Source: a virus
Lineage: Duplodnaviria; Caudoviricetes
Length of the DNA: 61,129 nt
Strand: one strand, 5' to 3'
IMG/VR virus record: IMGVR_UViG_3300022752_004478
Location: 1 to 61,129 of that record
Position numbers and translations under genes: made by a program. Positions 1 through 7,737 of this stretch are shown one piece after another. Numbering within the stretch: position 1 is the first letter of the stretch; every line of letters begins with the position of its first letter. The notes under the pieces are model-generated. The model was given only the letters and a program-made list of their open reading frames with translations. It did not search any database and was not told the DNA's origin.

Positions 1-420
1 AAGACCATATGTAATTGAATTTAAAATATTTGAATTATGAACAACAATGTTATTTGCATAATATTCACCAAATCCTTCGACTTGAATATCTACTAGGTCT
101 TCTCTTTTAGACTTATCAAGTGCTATATATTTAATTTGTTCAATACCATCTTTGGTACGAATATTTATTTTTGATATGTTATTAATTATATTTTCAATTT
201 TAATGAACTGACCCAAATCATTTTTAATCAAATGGTCTTTTGAGCCACAAAGTCTTTTTCCTGAATTTGTCTCAATTGTCCAATATTCTGAATCTTTAGA
301 TGTTATGTCATAAGTTAATATTTTTGAATATCCACAAGGAGTTTCAACCTCAATATTTAATTCAGGTAAAAAATCTTTTAAAAATCTAAGATTTTCAATC
401 TTTATTTGTTTTTCTGTCAT
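1..420 (-). CDS. sbcC: Split-intein C-fragment (129 aa) fused to the continuation of SbcC/Rad50 (gp46-like) ATPase; runs off the left edge of the window
   Basis: Manual translation from ATG at 420: MTEKQIKIENLRFLKDFLPELNIEVETPCGYSKI...GKRLCGSKDHLI...EDLVDIQVEGFGEYYANNIVVHN|SNILNSITYGL. Open to base 1. The extein SNILNSITYGL completes the Rad50 Walker A left unfinished in ORF 5497-6834. Confidence 0.9.
   Translation of the reverse strand, partial: MTEKQIKIENLRFLKDFLPELNIEVETPCGYSKILTYDITSKDSEYWTIETNSGKRLCGSKDHLIKNDLGQFIKIENIINNISKINIRTKDGIEQIKYIALDKSKREDLVDIQVEGFGEYYANNIVVHNSNILNSITYGL
34..420 (-). other. C-terminal fragment of a naturally split class 1 intein (IntC, 129 aa, no endonuclease)
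   Basis: Block B-like SKDH, block F LVDIQV...YYAN, block G VVHN followed by Ser+1; no block A (Cys1) at its N-terminus. Confidence 0.9.
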
Positions 421-970
421 TTTCAAGAATTGGAAATATATCTGTTATTGTATTAATTTTAATAGGGTGATTTTCAAAATTATTATCAGGGTCAAATAAA
501 ATAATTTTAGTATTGGTAAAATTTAAATCTTTTAATTTGTGATTAGCTGTTAATATGTAATCAAAATTTTCATTTATATATTCTTCAAATTTATTATAAA
601 ACCTTATTTGGTCAAAATAAAAACCTGCTGAAAAATTTGATAAATAAAATGCTGTTAAGTTTCTAAATTTATAACCCTCTCTTGAGATAATAATAATCTT
701 ATATCCTTGTTCAGATAATTCGGGATATATTTGATTTAATTGTGCAATTAACTCTTTTGATGGAAGAGTTGATTTAGCAAACAATTCATAAGAATATTGA
801 AATAGAAAATCTTCCAATTCATTCTTTTCAAAATAAAAAGAAAGTAATGGATTGTATGGGTCAATTGGTTTTTTTATTTCCCTATCAGAATATTCAATCT
901 GATAATATATTTCAAATTTTTTTATAAAATCTCTTAAAATACCATTTATTTCTATAGCCAAGGTCTTCAT
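395..970 (-). CDS. HAD-fold 5'(3')-nucleotidase-like protein with altered motif I
   Basis: Likely start MKTLAIEINGILRDF at 970 (track start 1036 overlaps the divergent gene); resembles HAD motif I hhhDxDGhL but reads EING. Confidence 0.55.
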   Translation of the reverse strand: MKTLAIEINGILRDFIKKFEIYYQIEYSDREIKKPIDPYNPLLSFYFEKNELEDFLFQYSYELFAKSTLPSKELIAQLNQIYPELSEQGYKIIIISREGYKFRNLTAFYLSNFSAGFYFDQIRFYNKFEEYINENFDYILTANHKLKDLNFTNTKIILFDPDNNFENHPIKINTITDIFPILENDRKTNKD

Positions 971-1021
971 GAAATAAATATAGGATTTTTTGTCGTATTT
1001 TAATGAAAACGTAAAAAAATA

Positions 1022-2095
1022 ATGGATAGGATACAAAAACTAAATGAAATTCTAAATAACATTAGTAGTAATAACTATAATGTTTATCTGTATGTTCCTT
1101 CTATTCCTGATACTGTTTATTCAATGGCAGTAGAAGAAATATACAAAATTTGTTTCTTTTTAAGAAAAAACAATTATAATGCTTTTTTAATTACGGGTGA
1201 AGATGAAAAAGAACCTGAATTTAAAATACCTAATTTTCTTAGCGAAGAATTAAAATCATTACCGCATCTTTCACCTAGAAAAGATAATATTAGCGTATCT
1301 GTTAATGATGTATTGATTGTTCCTGAATTTTTTGTAAATGTAATGCATCAAATTTCTGATGCAAAAATTCAATGTGAAAAAATCGTTCTTTGTCAATCAC
1401 AAACATACATGCTTGATTCTTTACCACCAAATCATACTTGGGCAGCATGGGGTTTTAGTACAATTCTAACAACGTCTGAACAATTAAAAGAATTTATTCA
1501 AAGAAATAGTAGAGTAAATTATAATATTGAAAATTATAAAATTGGTATACCTAGTTATTTTAAGTCAAGTAAAATTAAAAAACCAATTATTATGTATTTT
1601 TCAAGAAATGATTCTGATATCAAAAGATTGTCAAAGATTTTCTTTATGAAATATCCCGAACTTTCTTGGGTATTATTTGAAAGAGTACAGGGTTCTGAAC
1701 CATTCATTACAAGAAAAGAACTTGCAGAAAAAATGAGTGAAATACCTGTTCTACTTTGGCTTGATAGAGATGCAGGTTTTGGAACATTGCCACTTGAAGC
1801 AATGAAAAGTGGTGCTGTAGTTGTTGGTATGATTCCTGAAATTGAAAAAGATTATCTTAAAATAGATGATACCGCAATTTGGTCAAGTTCAATTGAAGTT
1901 CTTGCTGAACAACTTGGTGTTGTTATTAAAGAATGGTTGATTGATAATATACCTTCAGTTGTATATGAAAATATGGAAAAAGTTTCTTCTGAATATACAG
2001 AAGAAAATCATGAAAAAACACTAATTCAAGCTTTTTCAAATATCATTGAAAATAGAAGAAATTTAATTAAACAAGCAATAGAAAATGGAAATTAA
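1022..2095 (+). CDS. GT-B fold (GT4-like) glycosyltransferase
   Basis: C-terminal GFGTLPLEAMKSGAVVVG motif; IVPE motif shared with paralog 19262-20218. Confidence 0.75.
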   Translation: MDRIQKLNEILNNISSNNYNVYLYVPSIPDTVYSMAVEEIYKICFFLRKNNYNAFLITGEDEKEPEFKIPNFLSEELKSLPHLSPRKDNISVSVNDVLIVPEFFVNVMHQISDAKIQCEKIVLCQSQTYMLDSLPPNHTWAAWGFSTILTTSEQLKEFIQRNSRVNYNIENYKIGIPSYFKSSKIKKPIIMYFSRNDSDIKRLSKIFFMKYPELSWVLFERVQGSEPFITRKELAEKMSEIPVLLWLDRDAGFGTLPLEAMKSGAVVVGMIPEIEKDYLKIDDTAIWSSSIEVLAEQLGVVIKEWLIDNIPSVVYENMEKVSSEYTEENHEKTLIQAFSNIIENRRNLIKQAIENGN

Positions 2096-2888
2096 TAAAT
2101 TAGATTTAACAGTAATCATTCCAATTCATAATTTGGAAAATGATTTAGACAAAGAATTGTTTCAACAATCAATTGAATCTTTGTTTAACCAAAATAATAA
2201 CATTACACCTAGTGAAGTTATTATTATAACAAATAAAGAAACTCAAAAAGAAATTAAAACAGATAGACCAATAAGATTTGTCATTAATAATGAAACATCT
2301 GATAATATTCAATCACAAATAAATATCGCAGTTGAAGAATCTAAAACAGATTTCTTTATGGTATTAGATTTTGATGATGAATTAACATCAATCTATTTTT
2401 CAAATGTATTGAATTATATGCAAGAAATGAAAAATGTTGATATGTTTCTTCCAATAATTGCAGATGTTACAATGGATAAAAAAATTCATAGATATATCAA
2501 TGAAATTAATTGGGCAAAAGATGTAACAAATGATAAACACGGTTATTTGACAATGGAAACATTGATGAATTATAATCTTGTTTCAATTAATGGTGCGGTT
2601 ATAAGAAAAGAAAAATTCCAAGAAGCTGGTGGATTGAAACCATCAATTAAACTTAGTTTTATTTATGAATTTTTAATGCGTTTTACAAATATTGATGGAA
2701 TTACATATACAATTCCTAAAATCGGATATTTGAGAAAATTCGGTAGAGAAAATTCTTATCTAAGTGAACAATCTAAAATGGATGGTGATGAGGTTACTTT
2801 TTGGTGGAATCTTGCTAAAAAAGAATATGTTTGGCCTCATGATAGGAACAAAACATATGTAAAGAAGCAAGAAACACCAGTAATTTGA
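2085..2888 (+). CDS. GT2-family glycosyltransferase
   Basis: LTVIIPIHN N-terminal strand and LDFDDE DxD motif. Confidence 0.8.
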   Translation: MEINKLDLTVIIPIHNLENDLDKELFQQSIESLFNQNNNITPSEVIIITNKETQKEIKTDRPIRFVINNETSDNIQSQINIAVEESKTDFFMVLDFDDELTSIYFSNVLNYMQEMKNVDMFLPIIADVTMDKKIHRYINEINWAKDVTNDKHGYLTMETLMNYNLVSINGAVIRKEKFQEAGGLKPSIKLSFIYEFLMRFTNIDGITYTIPKIGYLRKFGRENSYLSEQSKMDGDEVTFWWNLAKKEYVWPHDRNKTYVKKQETPVI

Positions 2889-2890
2889 TA

Positions 2891-3688
2891 ATGTCTGAGG
2901 AAATAAAAAAAAATAAAAGAGGCAGGAAGGCAAAACCCGGCTCTGTAAAAGAATATTTTACCGATGAAACAGAAAAAGCTATTGTTAGATATAATAGCCC
3001 CGACTGTTCATTGGATGAAAAAAATCAAATATACGATAAAGATATTCATAAAGCACTTAAAAAACTTGCTTATTTTACAGCAAAATCTTATTTTCTTTAT
3101 TTCTCAAAGCGTTACACAATAGAAGATATGGAAAATGACCTTCTGATTTTTGCCTTTAATAACCTTCATATGTTCAATCCCGAAAATATAAATAAAAAAG
3201 GTGTTAAATCAAAGGCATTTTCCTATTTCTCTACAATATGTAGAAACGAAGCAAAACATATATCAGAAAGAAATTTTAATCAAGATAAAACAAGTGATGA
3301 TGTTGTAGAAAATATAAATCTATTTGAAAGAGATATTTCATTATCATATATTATTAATGAAAATCTTGATGAAGATAATGATAATAATTATATAAAATTA
3401 GTTTTTTTAGGTATATGTAATGAAATAAAAAATAAAATAGAAAACGATAAAACACTAAAAGAAATAGATGTTAATGTGGGTTATTCATTAATTTCAATTA
3501 TTGAAAATTTTAATTATATTAATGAACCAACTGAATCAAAAATGAGCCTTTTCTTTATAAATAATAGAGTTATTGATATGATTTGTGAAATCACAAATAA
3601 TAAATATAAAAAACAAGAAATTAAAAAATCACTTAAATCTTTTAAATCACTCTATAAAAAATTAAAAGAAGATTACTTATCTATCTGA
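2891..3688 (+). CDS. T4 gp55-like (late transcription) sigma factor
   Basis: EYFT..TEKAIVRY N-terminus and KAFSYFSTICRN, resembling the gp55 region-2 F.YF..I motif. Confidence 0.6.
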   Translation: MSEEIKKNKRGRKAKPGSVKEYFTDETEKAIVRYNSPDCSLDEKNQIYDKDIHKALKKLAYFTAKSYFLYFSKRYTIEDMENDLLIFAFNNLHMFNPENINKKGVKSKAFSYFSTICRNEAKHISERNFNQDKTSDDVVENINLFERDISLSYIINENLDEDNDNNYIKLVFLGICNEIKNKIENDKTLKEIDVNVGYSLISIIENFNYINEPTESKMSLFFINNRVIDMICEITNNKYKKQEIKKSLKSFKSLYKKLKEDYLSI

Positions 3689-3831
3689 GGTTTTTGATTT
3701 GTATCACAACCACAATCTTTTTTGTAAGATGTATTACTTAACAAAAAAACAACAAAAGAAACTATTGAACTAATCCAATAATTTTCAAAGAAAAATTGTA
3801 ATACGAAAAAGCACAATAAAGCATGTAGCAT
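3673..3831 (-). CDS. Small membrane protein (52 aa) with CGC motif; not in ORF track
   Basis: Manual translation MLHALLCFFVLQFFFENYWISSIVSFVVFLLSNTSYKKDCGCDTNQKPQIDK*; fills the intergenic gap and has a promoter-like motif 13 nt upstream. Confidence 0.55.
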   Translation of the reverse strand: MLHALLCFFVLQFFFENYWISSIVSFVVFLLSNTSYKKDCGCDTNQKPQIDK

Positions 3832-3834
3832 AAC

Positions 3835-3851
3835 CTATTTATATTAAATAG
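3835..3851. promoter_or_regulatory. Bidirectional putative late promoter, CTATTTA-N3-TAAATAG
   Basis: Perfect 7-bp inverted repeat between divergent ATGs at 3831 and 3857; same geometry at 43868-43884. Confidence 0.6.
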
Positions 3852-3856
3852 AAAAA

Positions 3857-4159
3857 ATGGACGAATTTAATATGTATGAAGGTTTTATAGATGATGATAC
3901 ATTCGCAACATTACCATTCTTTAATATACCCGAAACAGAAAATGACGCATATGTAGAATGGACCGTTGGTGATAGATTAGATAAATTAGCTTATAGATTC
4001 TATGATAATCCAGCACTATCAAAATTTATATTGTTGGCCAATCCACAATACTTAGCAGAAAGCGATATAGAAATTGGTGACATAATTAGAGTGCCACTAA
4101 CTAAAGATGATATGTTTAGTTTTATTAGACAAAAAGTAGAAGAATCAAAACTATTCTAA
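3857..4159 (+). CDS. LysM-like / tail protein X / gp53-like baseplate protein
   Basis: GDRLDKLAYRFY...ILLANP...IEIGDIIRVP pattern. Confidence 0.75.
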   Translation: MDEFNMYEGFIDDDTFATLPFFNIPETENDAYVEWTVGDRLDKLAYRFYDNPALSKFILLANPQYLAESDIEIGDIIRVPLTKDDMFSFIRQKVEESKLF

Positions 4160-4399
4160 GATTCTAATACCATTGTATCTGTTCTTTATAAACTCAATAA
4201 ATGCCTTTCCTGTTGATTCTGAATCTTGTAGTTTAACATAATCTTCAAAACTAACATTGTCATATCTATATGTTAAGTTGCCCTTAACAAAAGTTATATG
4301 CAAAGTGTTATTGTTGGTATCATAAATTGATGATACGATGTTTGATGAATCATAGGTAGCATTAATGAATCCATCTTCTTGTGTTACATTTGTTGTCAT
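4151..4399 (-). CDS. KTSC domain protein
   Basis: SSNI..SIYD...TLHITF..G.TYRY.NV...Y..L..SESTGKAF...IKNRY matches the KTSC pattern. Confidence 0.85.
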   Translation of the reverse strand: MTTNVTQEDGFINATYDSSNIVSSIYDTNNNTLHITFVKGNLTYRYDNVSFEDYVKLQDSESTGKAFIEFIKNRYNGIRILE

Positions 4400-5496
4400 A
4401 GATTTAATAATTCTTCATGTAGTTCTGAAATATTGTTAAAAGTTTTATCTGTTTGAAGATTAAATATTTTTTTTAAATCTTCAATTAAGTTTTCGCTTGG
4501 TTTTTGAACTTCTAATAAAACATCTGTTCTACCTTTTCTTTTAATAGCATCATCAATTTTATCAAGTTCATTTGTAGTTATTATAAATATAACATCATTT
4601 GGTGTATATATCCCATCTAAAATATTTAAAATGCAAGAAAGTGAAATTTTTACATCAGAATCTTTCTTTTCTTCTTTTCTATTGATATCATCTAATAAAC
4701 AATCAATATCTTCAAATAGTACAATTGATTTCTTTGGTCTATCCGAAATTAAAGCAATTAGATTAGCATCTGTCATATCTTTTGATAGGTTAACAGCCAT
4801 TATATCTCTTTTGGTATAATTAGATATACCTAATGACAATGATGATTTTCCTGTTCCGGGAGGACCATAAAATAAATATGTTCTTTTGTATCGTATACCA
4901 TACTGTTCGTATTTTTCTTTTGATGAATTAAATCTATCTAAATCATTTTTAAGAAATTCAGATACATGATTATCAAGATAAATATTATCAAAAGTTTTAT
5001 TTATGACTTTACCTGCACATCTAATTTCTCCATTAAAGTTATAAAAATACTTTATATATTTATTACCATAATTATTATCAACATAATCCATCAATTCTTT
5101 TAGAATTGTCTTGTTCCTACAAAATATCATAAACATATGTTTATTATTCTTATATGGTGTCATACTATTTTGGATATTTTCAGCATTTTTCAATACTAAA
5201 AATCTATTTCCTTTAAATTTAAAGTAAATAAATCCTGAGTTATAAAACATATTAACATCAAAATTATCTGAACTTATAAAATTATCATATAATGTTCTAT
5301 AGTAAAGATTTTTAATAGAACTATTTTTTTCAGATAAGACAAAGTTTTGAAAAGAATAAAAGAAAAAAGAACTTTCTTCAATTTTCATTGAACAAATAAC
5401 TCTATCTCTTAATGTAGTTAATACAAAAAGAAAAAATTGTTTGAAGTAAACTAATGTACCTCCAAGAATGAGTGTTAATAATACTGTTTTATCCAT
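4396..5496 (-). CDS. BCS1-like AAA+ ATPase with N-terminal transmembrane segment
   Basis: YKRTYLFYGPPGTGKSS Walker A, IVLFEDID Walker B, ISLSCILNILDG, TTN, RKGRTD; hydrophobic N-terminus. Confidence 0.85.
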   Translation of the reverse strand: MDKTVLLTLILGGTLVYFKQFFLFVLTTLRDRVICSMKIEESSFFFYSFQNFVLSEKNSSIKNLYYRTLYDNFISSDNFDVNMFYNSGFIYFKFKGNRFLVLKNAENIQNSMTPYKNNKHMFMIFCRNKTILKELMDYVDNNYGNKYIKYFYNFNGEIRCAGKVINKTFDNIYLDNHVSEFLKNDLDRFNSSKEKYEQYGIRYKRTYLFYGPPGTGKSSLSLGISNYTKRDIMAVNLSKDMTDANLIALISDRPKKSIVLFEDIDCLLDDINRKEEKKDSDVKISLSCILNILDGIYTPNDVIFIITTNELDKIDDAIKRKGRTDVLLEVQKPSENLIEDLKKIFNLQTDKTFNNISELHEELLNL

Positions 5497-6834
5497 TTAT
5501 CTTAAAAATTCAGGTAAATAACCTAGTTTACTTATTATTTCTTCTTTATTATATCTAATATTAATCTTTGTTTCAGGATGAACACATTTACCAACCTGAT
5601 TTTCTCCATAGATTTGAATAATTCCATTCTTATCAGTTAAATCAAGTTCATATCTTTCTCCATGTGATTTAAAGTTATCTAGTACAATCTTTTTAACTTT
5701 CCAATCATAAAATTGATTCTCTACATCCTTTTCAATTAATGAACTAATTTCACTATCAAGTGCCAAAACATCCTTTATAAAATCTTCATTATGATTCTTT
5801 GATTTTAGAAAATTAATAAACTCTTGCCTTACACTATCATCATTATTTAAATCAATTGTTTCATCAAATTCTTTAATCTTTAAAGATTTATTAAGAATTT
5901 TTGATTTATCAAATTTGATAGTGGTGAATTCGCCATATTTAGATTCTAAGTGTTTCTTTATTTTTTGCTTGTTTTCAACATTAAATGTTGAATATTGGTC
6001 CATCCAATGAATTTTAAGATGGTTATATTTACCAATATTTGTAAGTTCAATATTTAGATTTTCATAATCATAATCTTCATGGATATATACATTAAAATAT
6101 TTATAATCAGAGATTATTTCTTTCTTTTCAAAAGTCTTTGCTTCAATATCCCATAAAAGATAACCATGAAAAGCATTATCACCTTCACCATAATTGGTAC
6201 AATATAATGATGATGGGTAAGCAAAAAATTCCTTTCCATTTTTTTGATATGATTGTTGGAGATGTATATCTCCTGCCATCACAATATCGCCTTTAAAATC
6301 AGCAAGAGAAACAATATTACTATCGGTATGTAATTGCCCATTTTGGAGATAGCATCCATTAATTGGGTCATGGAAAAGGTCAATATAAAACTTATTATTA
6401 TCACGCTCTTCTTCATTGAATTCAATCCAAGGTGATTTTCTGTCAGGGTGATACCAAACAGCAAAAGTAATGTTATCAAGTTCAAAAAGGCTTGTTGTGT
6501 CATAATAGTGTATATTAGGATTATTAATAATCTCAATAAGCATCTTAATAGATGACATTCTATTGAGATTTGATTTCATTATATCATGGTTACCATCAAT
6601 AATAACAATAGGTGCAATACTTGCACAAGATGTTAAAAAATCACCTGCAATGACATTAATTTCATTAAATGGTTTTACATAATTATGAAATAAATCACCT
6701 GCAATTACAATTAAATCAGGTTTGTCATTTAAAAGTGATTTAATCGTTTGAGAGGAAATATGTTTTTGCTCAGAAATCCTTTCCAAGTTATTTTGGAAGT
6801 GAATGTCGGCAAGATGGGCAACTTTGCGAATCAT
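5497..6834 (-). CDS. sbcD: SbcD/Mre11 (gp47-like) nuclease fused to the N-terminus of SbcC/Rad50 and a 29-aa split-intein N-fragment
   Basis: Phosphoesterase motifs ADIH, AGDLFH, GNHD, GDIH; then Rad50 start KIVLDNFKSH...IYGENQVGK followed directly by CVHPETKINI...stop. Confidence 0.9.
   Translation of the reverse strand: MIRKVAHLADIHFQNNLERISEQKHISSQTIKSLLNDKPDLIVIAGDLFHNYVKPFNEINVIAGDFLTSCASIAPIVIIDGNHDIMKSNLNRMSSIKMLIEIINNPNIHYYDTTSLFELDNITFAVWYHPDRKSPWIEFNEEERDNNKFYIDLFHDPINGCYLQNGQLHTDSNIVSLADFKGDIVMAGDIHLQQSYQKNGKEFFAYPSSLYCTNYGEGDNAFHGYLLWDIEAKTFEKKEIISDYKYFNVYIHEDYDYENLNIELTNIGKYNHLKIHWMDQYSTFNVENKQKIKKHLESKYGEFTTIKFDKSKILNKSLKIKEFDETIDLNNDDSVRQEFINFLKSKNHNEDFIKDVLALDSEISSLIEKDVENQFYDWKVKKIVLDNFKSHGERYELDLTDKNGIIQIYGENQVGKCVHPETKINIRYNKEEIISKLGYLPEFLR
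5500..5586 (-). other. N-terminal fragment of a naturally split intein (IntN, 29 aa)
   Basis: CVHPETKINIRYNKEEIISKLGYLPEFLR*: intein block A pattern (C-h-x-x-E/D-T-x-h) immediately after Walker A GK. Confidence 0.88.
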
Positions 6835-6838
6835 GTAT

Positions 6839-6848
6839 CAAATATACG
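6839..6848 (-). promoter_or_regulatory. Bacteroidota-type -7 promoter box (CGTATATTTG)
   Basis: Matches TAnnTTTG; 4 nt upstream of the ATG at 6834; identical 10-mer at 30910-30919. Confidence 0.55.
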
Positions 6849-6852
6849 GTTA

Positions 6853-7737
6853 TTAAATTAATTTTAATAAATTTTCTATCCGATTTTTATATGTATGATT
6901 TTCTTTCACAAAAAGTATTGACTCTCTTATTAATTTTGTATTTTTTTCTTTTTCCGAATTAATTAAGTCGTGGTACAATTCGGATGGATTTTCATTGAAA
7001 ACAACAAAATCCCCAAAAAACTTTTTAACATTTTCAGAATTTGTTCCTGTTAATCTTCCATAGCTAATATTTTTAAAAACCCTACATGGAATATAACCAC
7101 ATTCTCTATGCCAATCACCTCTTAAATCAACACTAACCAAGCTTTTCCTAATTAATTCTTTATTATCTTCGTCTGAAATATGATTAACATTTGTAAAATT
7201 CTTATTATTTTTTTCACATTCAGATTTAAACTTGTAAATTTCATTTATATTATCGTGTTGAGTACCAACATATATTACATTTTTTTCTGATTCATTAAAA
7301 AAATCGTTTTCATTTTCATAAATTTGATTTGGTGTTAAATCAGTACCCCAGGGTTGATAAACTGTTTTTGTTTTTTCATCCCAAAATGACCAATCATTAA
7401 TTCTTTCTACGCTATTTTCTTTATGATAAGCAGAAATACCATCATCACAATATTTTAAATAATTTGCTAAATTTATGAATGATAAATTATTCTCAATATA
7501 TTTATCTAATTTAGTATGATGTAAAATATATTTACAAGTTTTATTTAATGGGATATTATGTTGTGTTTGGTCTTCGGTAAGAAAAATTGAATTATCAAAA
7601 TTAAAATTTGATGTATCATCTTTTTCGTCTAACCAATAAGCATCAAATCCCATGTATTTTGCTGCTTTATAATATGATGAATGGATATAACTATGTGTAT
7701 GTCCGTTATACTTATGACCCCAAATTATTAATTTCAT
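6853..7737 (-). CDS. Putative GT-B glycosyltransferase (CgeB-like C-terminus)
   Basis: CRVFKNISYG and HTYKNRIENLL C-terminal motifs; glycan island context. Confidence 0.55.
   Translation of the reverse strand: MKLIIWGHKYNGHTHSYIHSSYYKAAKYMGFDAYWLDEKDDTSNFNFDNSIFLTEDQTQHNIPLNKTCKYILHHTKLDKYIENNLSFINLANYLKYCDDGISAYHKENSVERINDWSFWDEKTKTVYQPWGTDLTPNQIYENENDFFNESEKNVIYVGTQHDNINEIYKFKSECEKNNKNFTNVNHISDEDNKELIRKSLVSVDLRGDWHRECGYIPCRVFKNISYGRLTGTNSENVKKFFGDFVVFNENPSELYHDLINSEKEKNTKLIRESILFVKENHTYKNRIENLLKLI

Noticed and set aside
3835-3851. Canonical T4-oriented TATAAATA late promoter
   Set aside because: In unidirectional cases (21129, 39846, 58869) the coding strand reads CTATTTA, and T4 orientation at this palindrome would leave only 3-5 nt before the ATGs
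5497-6834. Truncated or pseudogenised sbcC after the Walker A
   Set aside because: The tail is an intein block A, and the matching IntC plus Walker A continuation is present at 420-1
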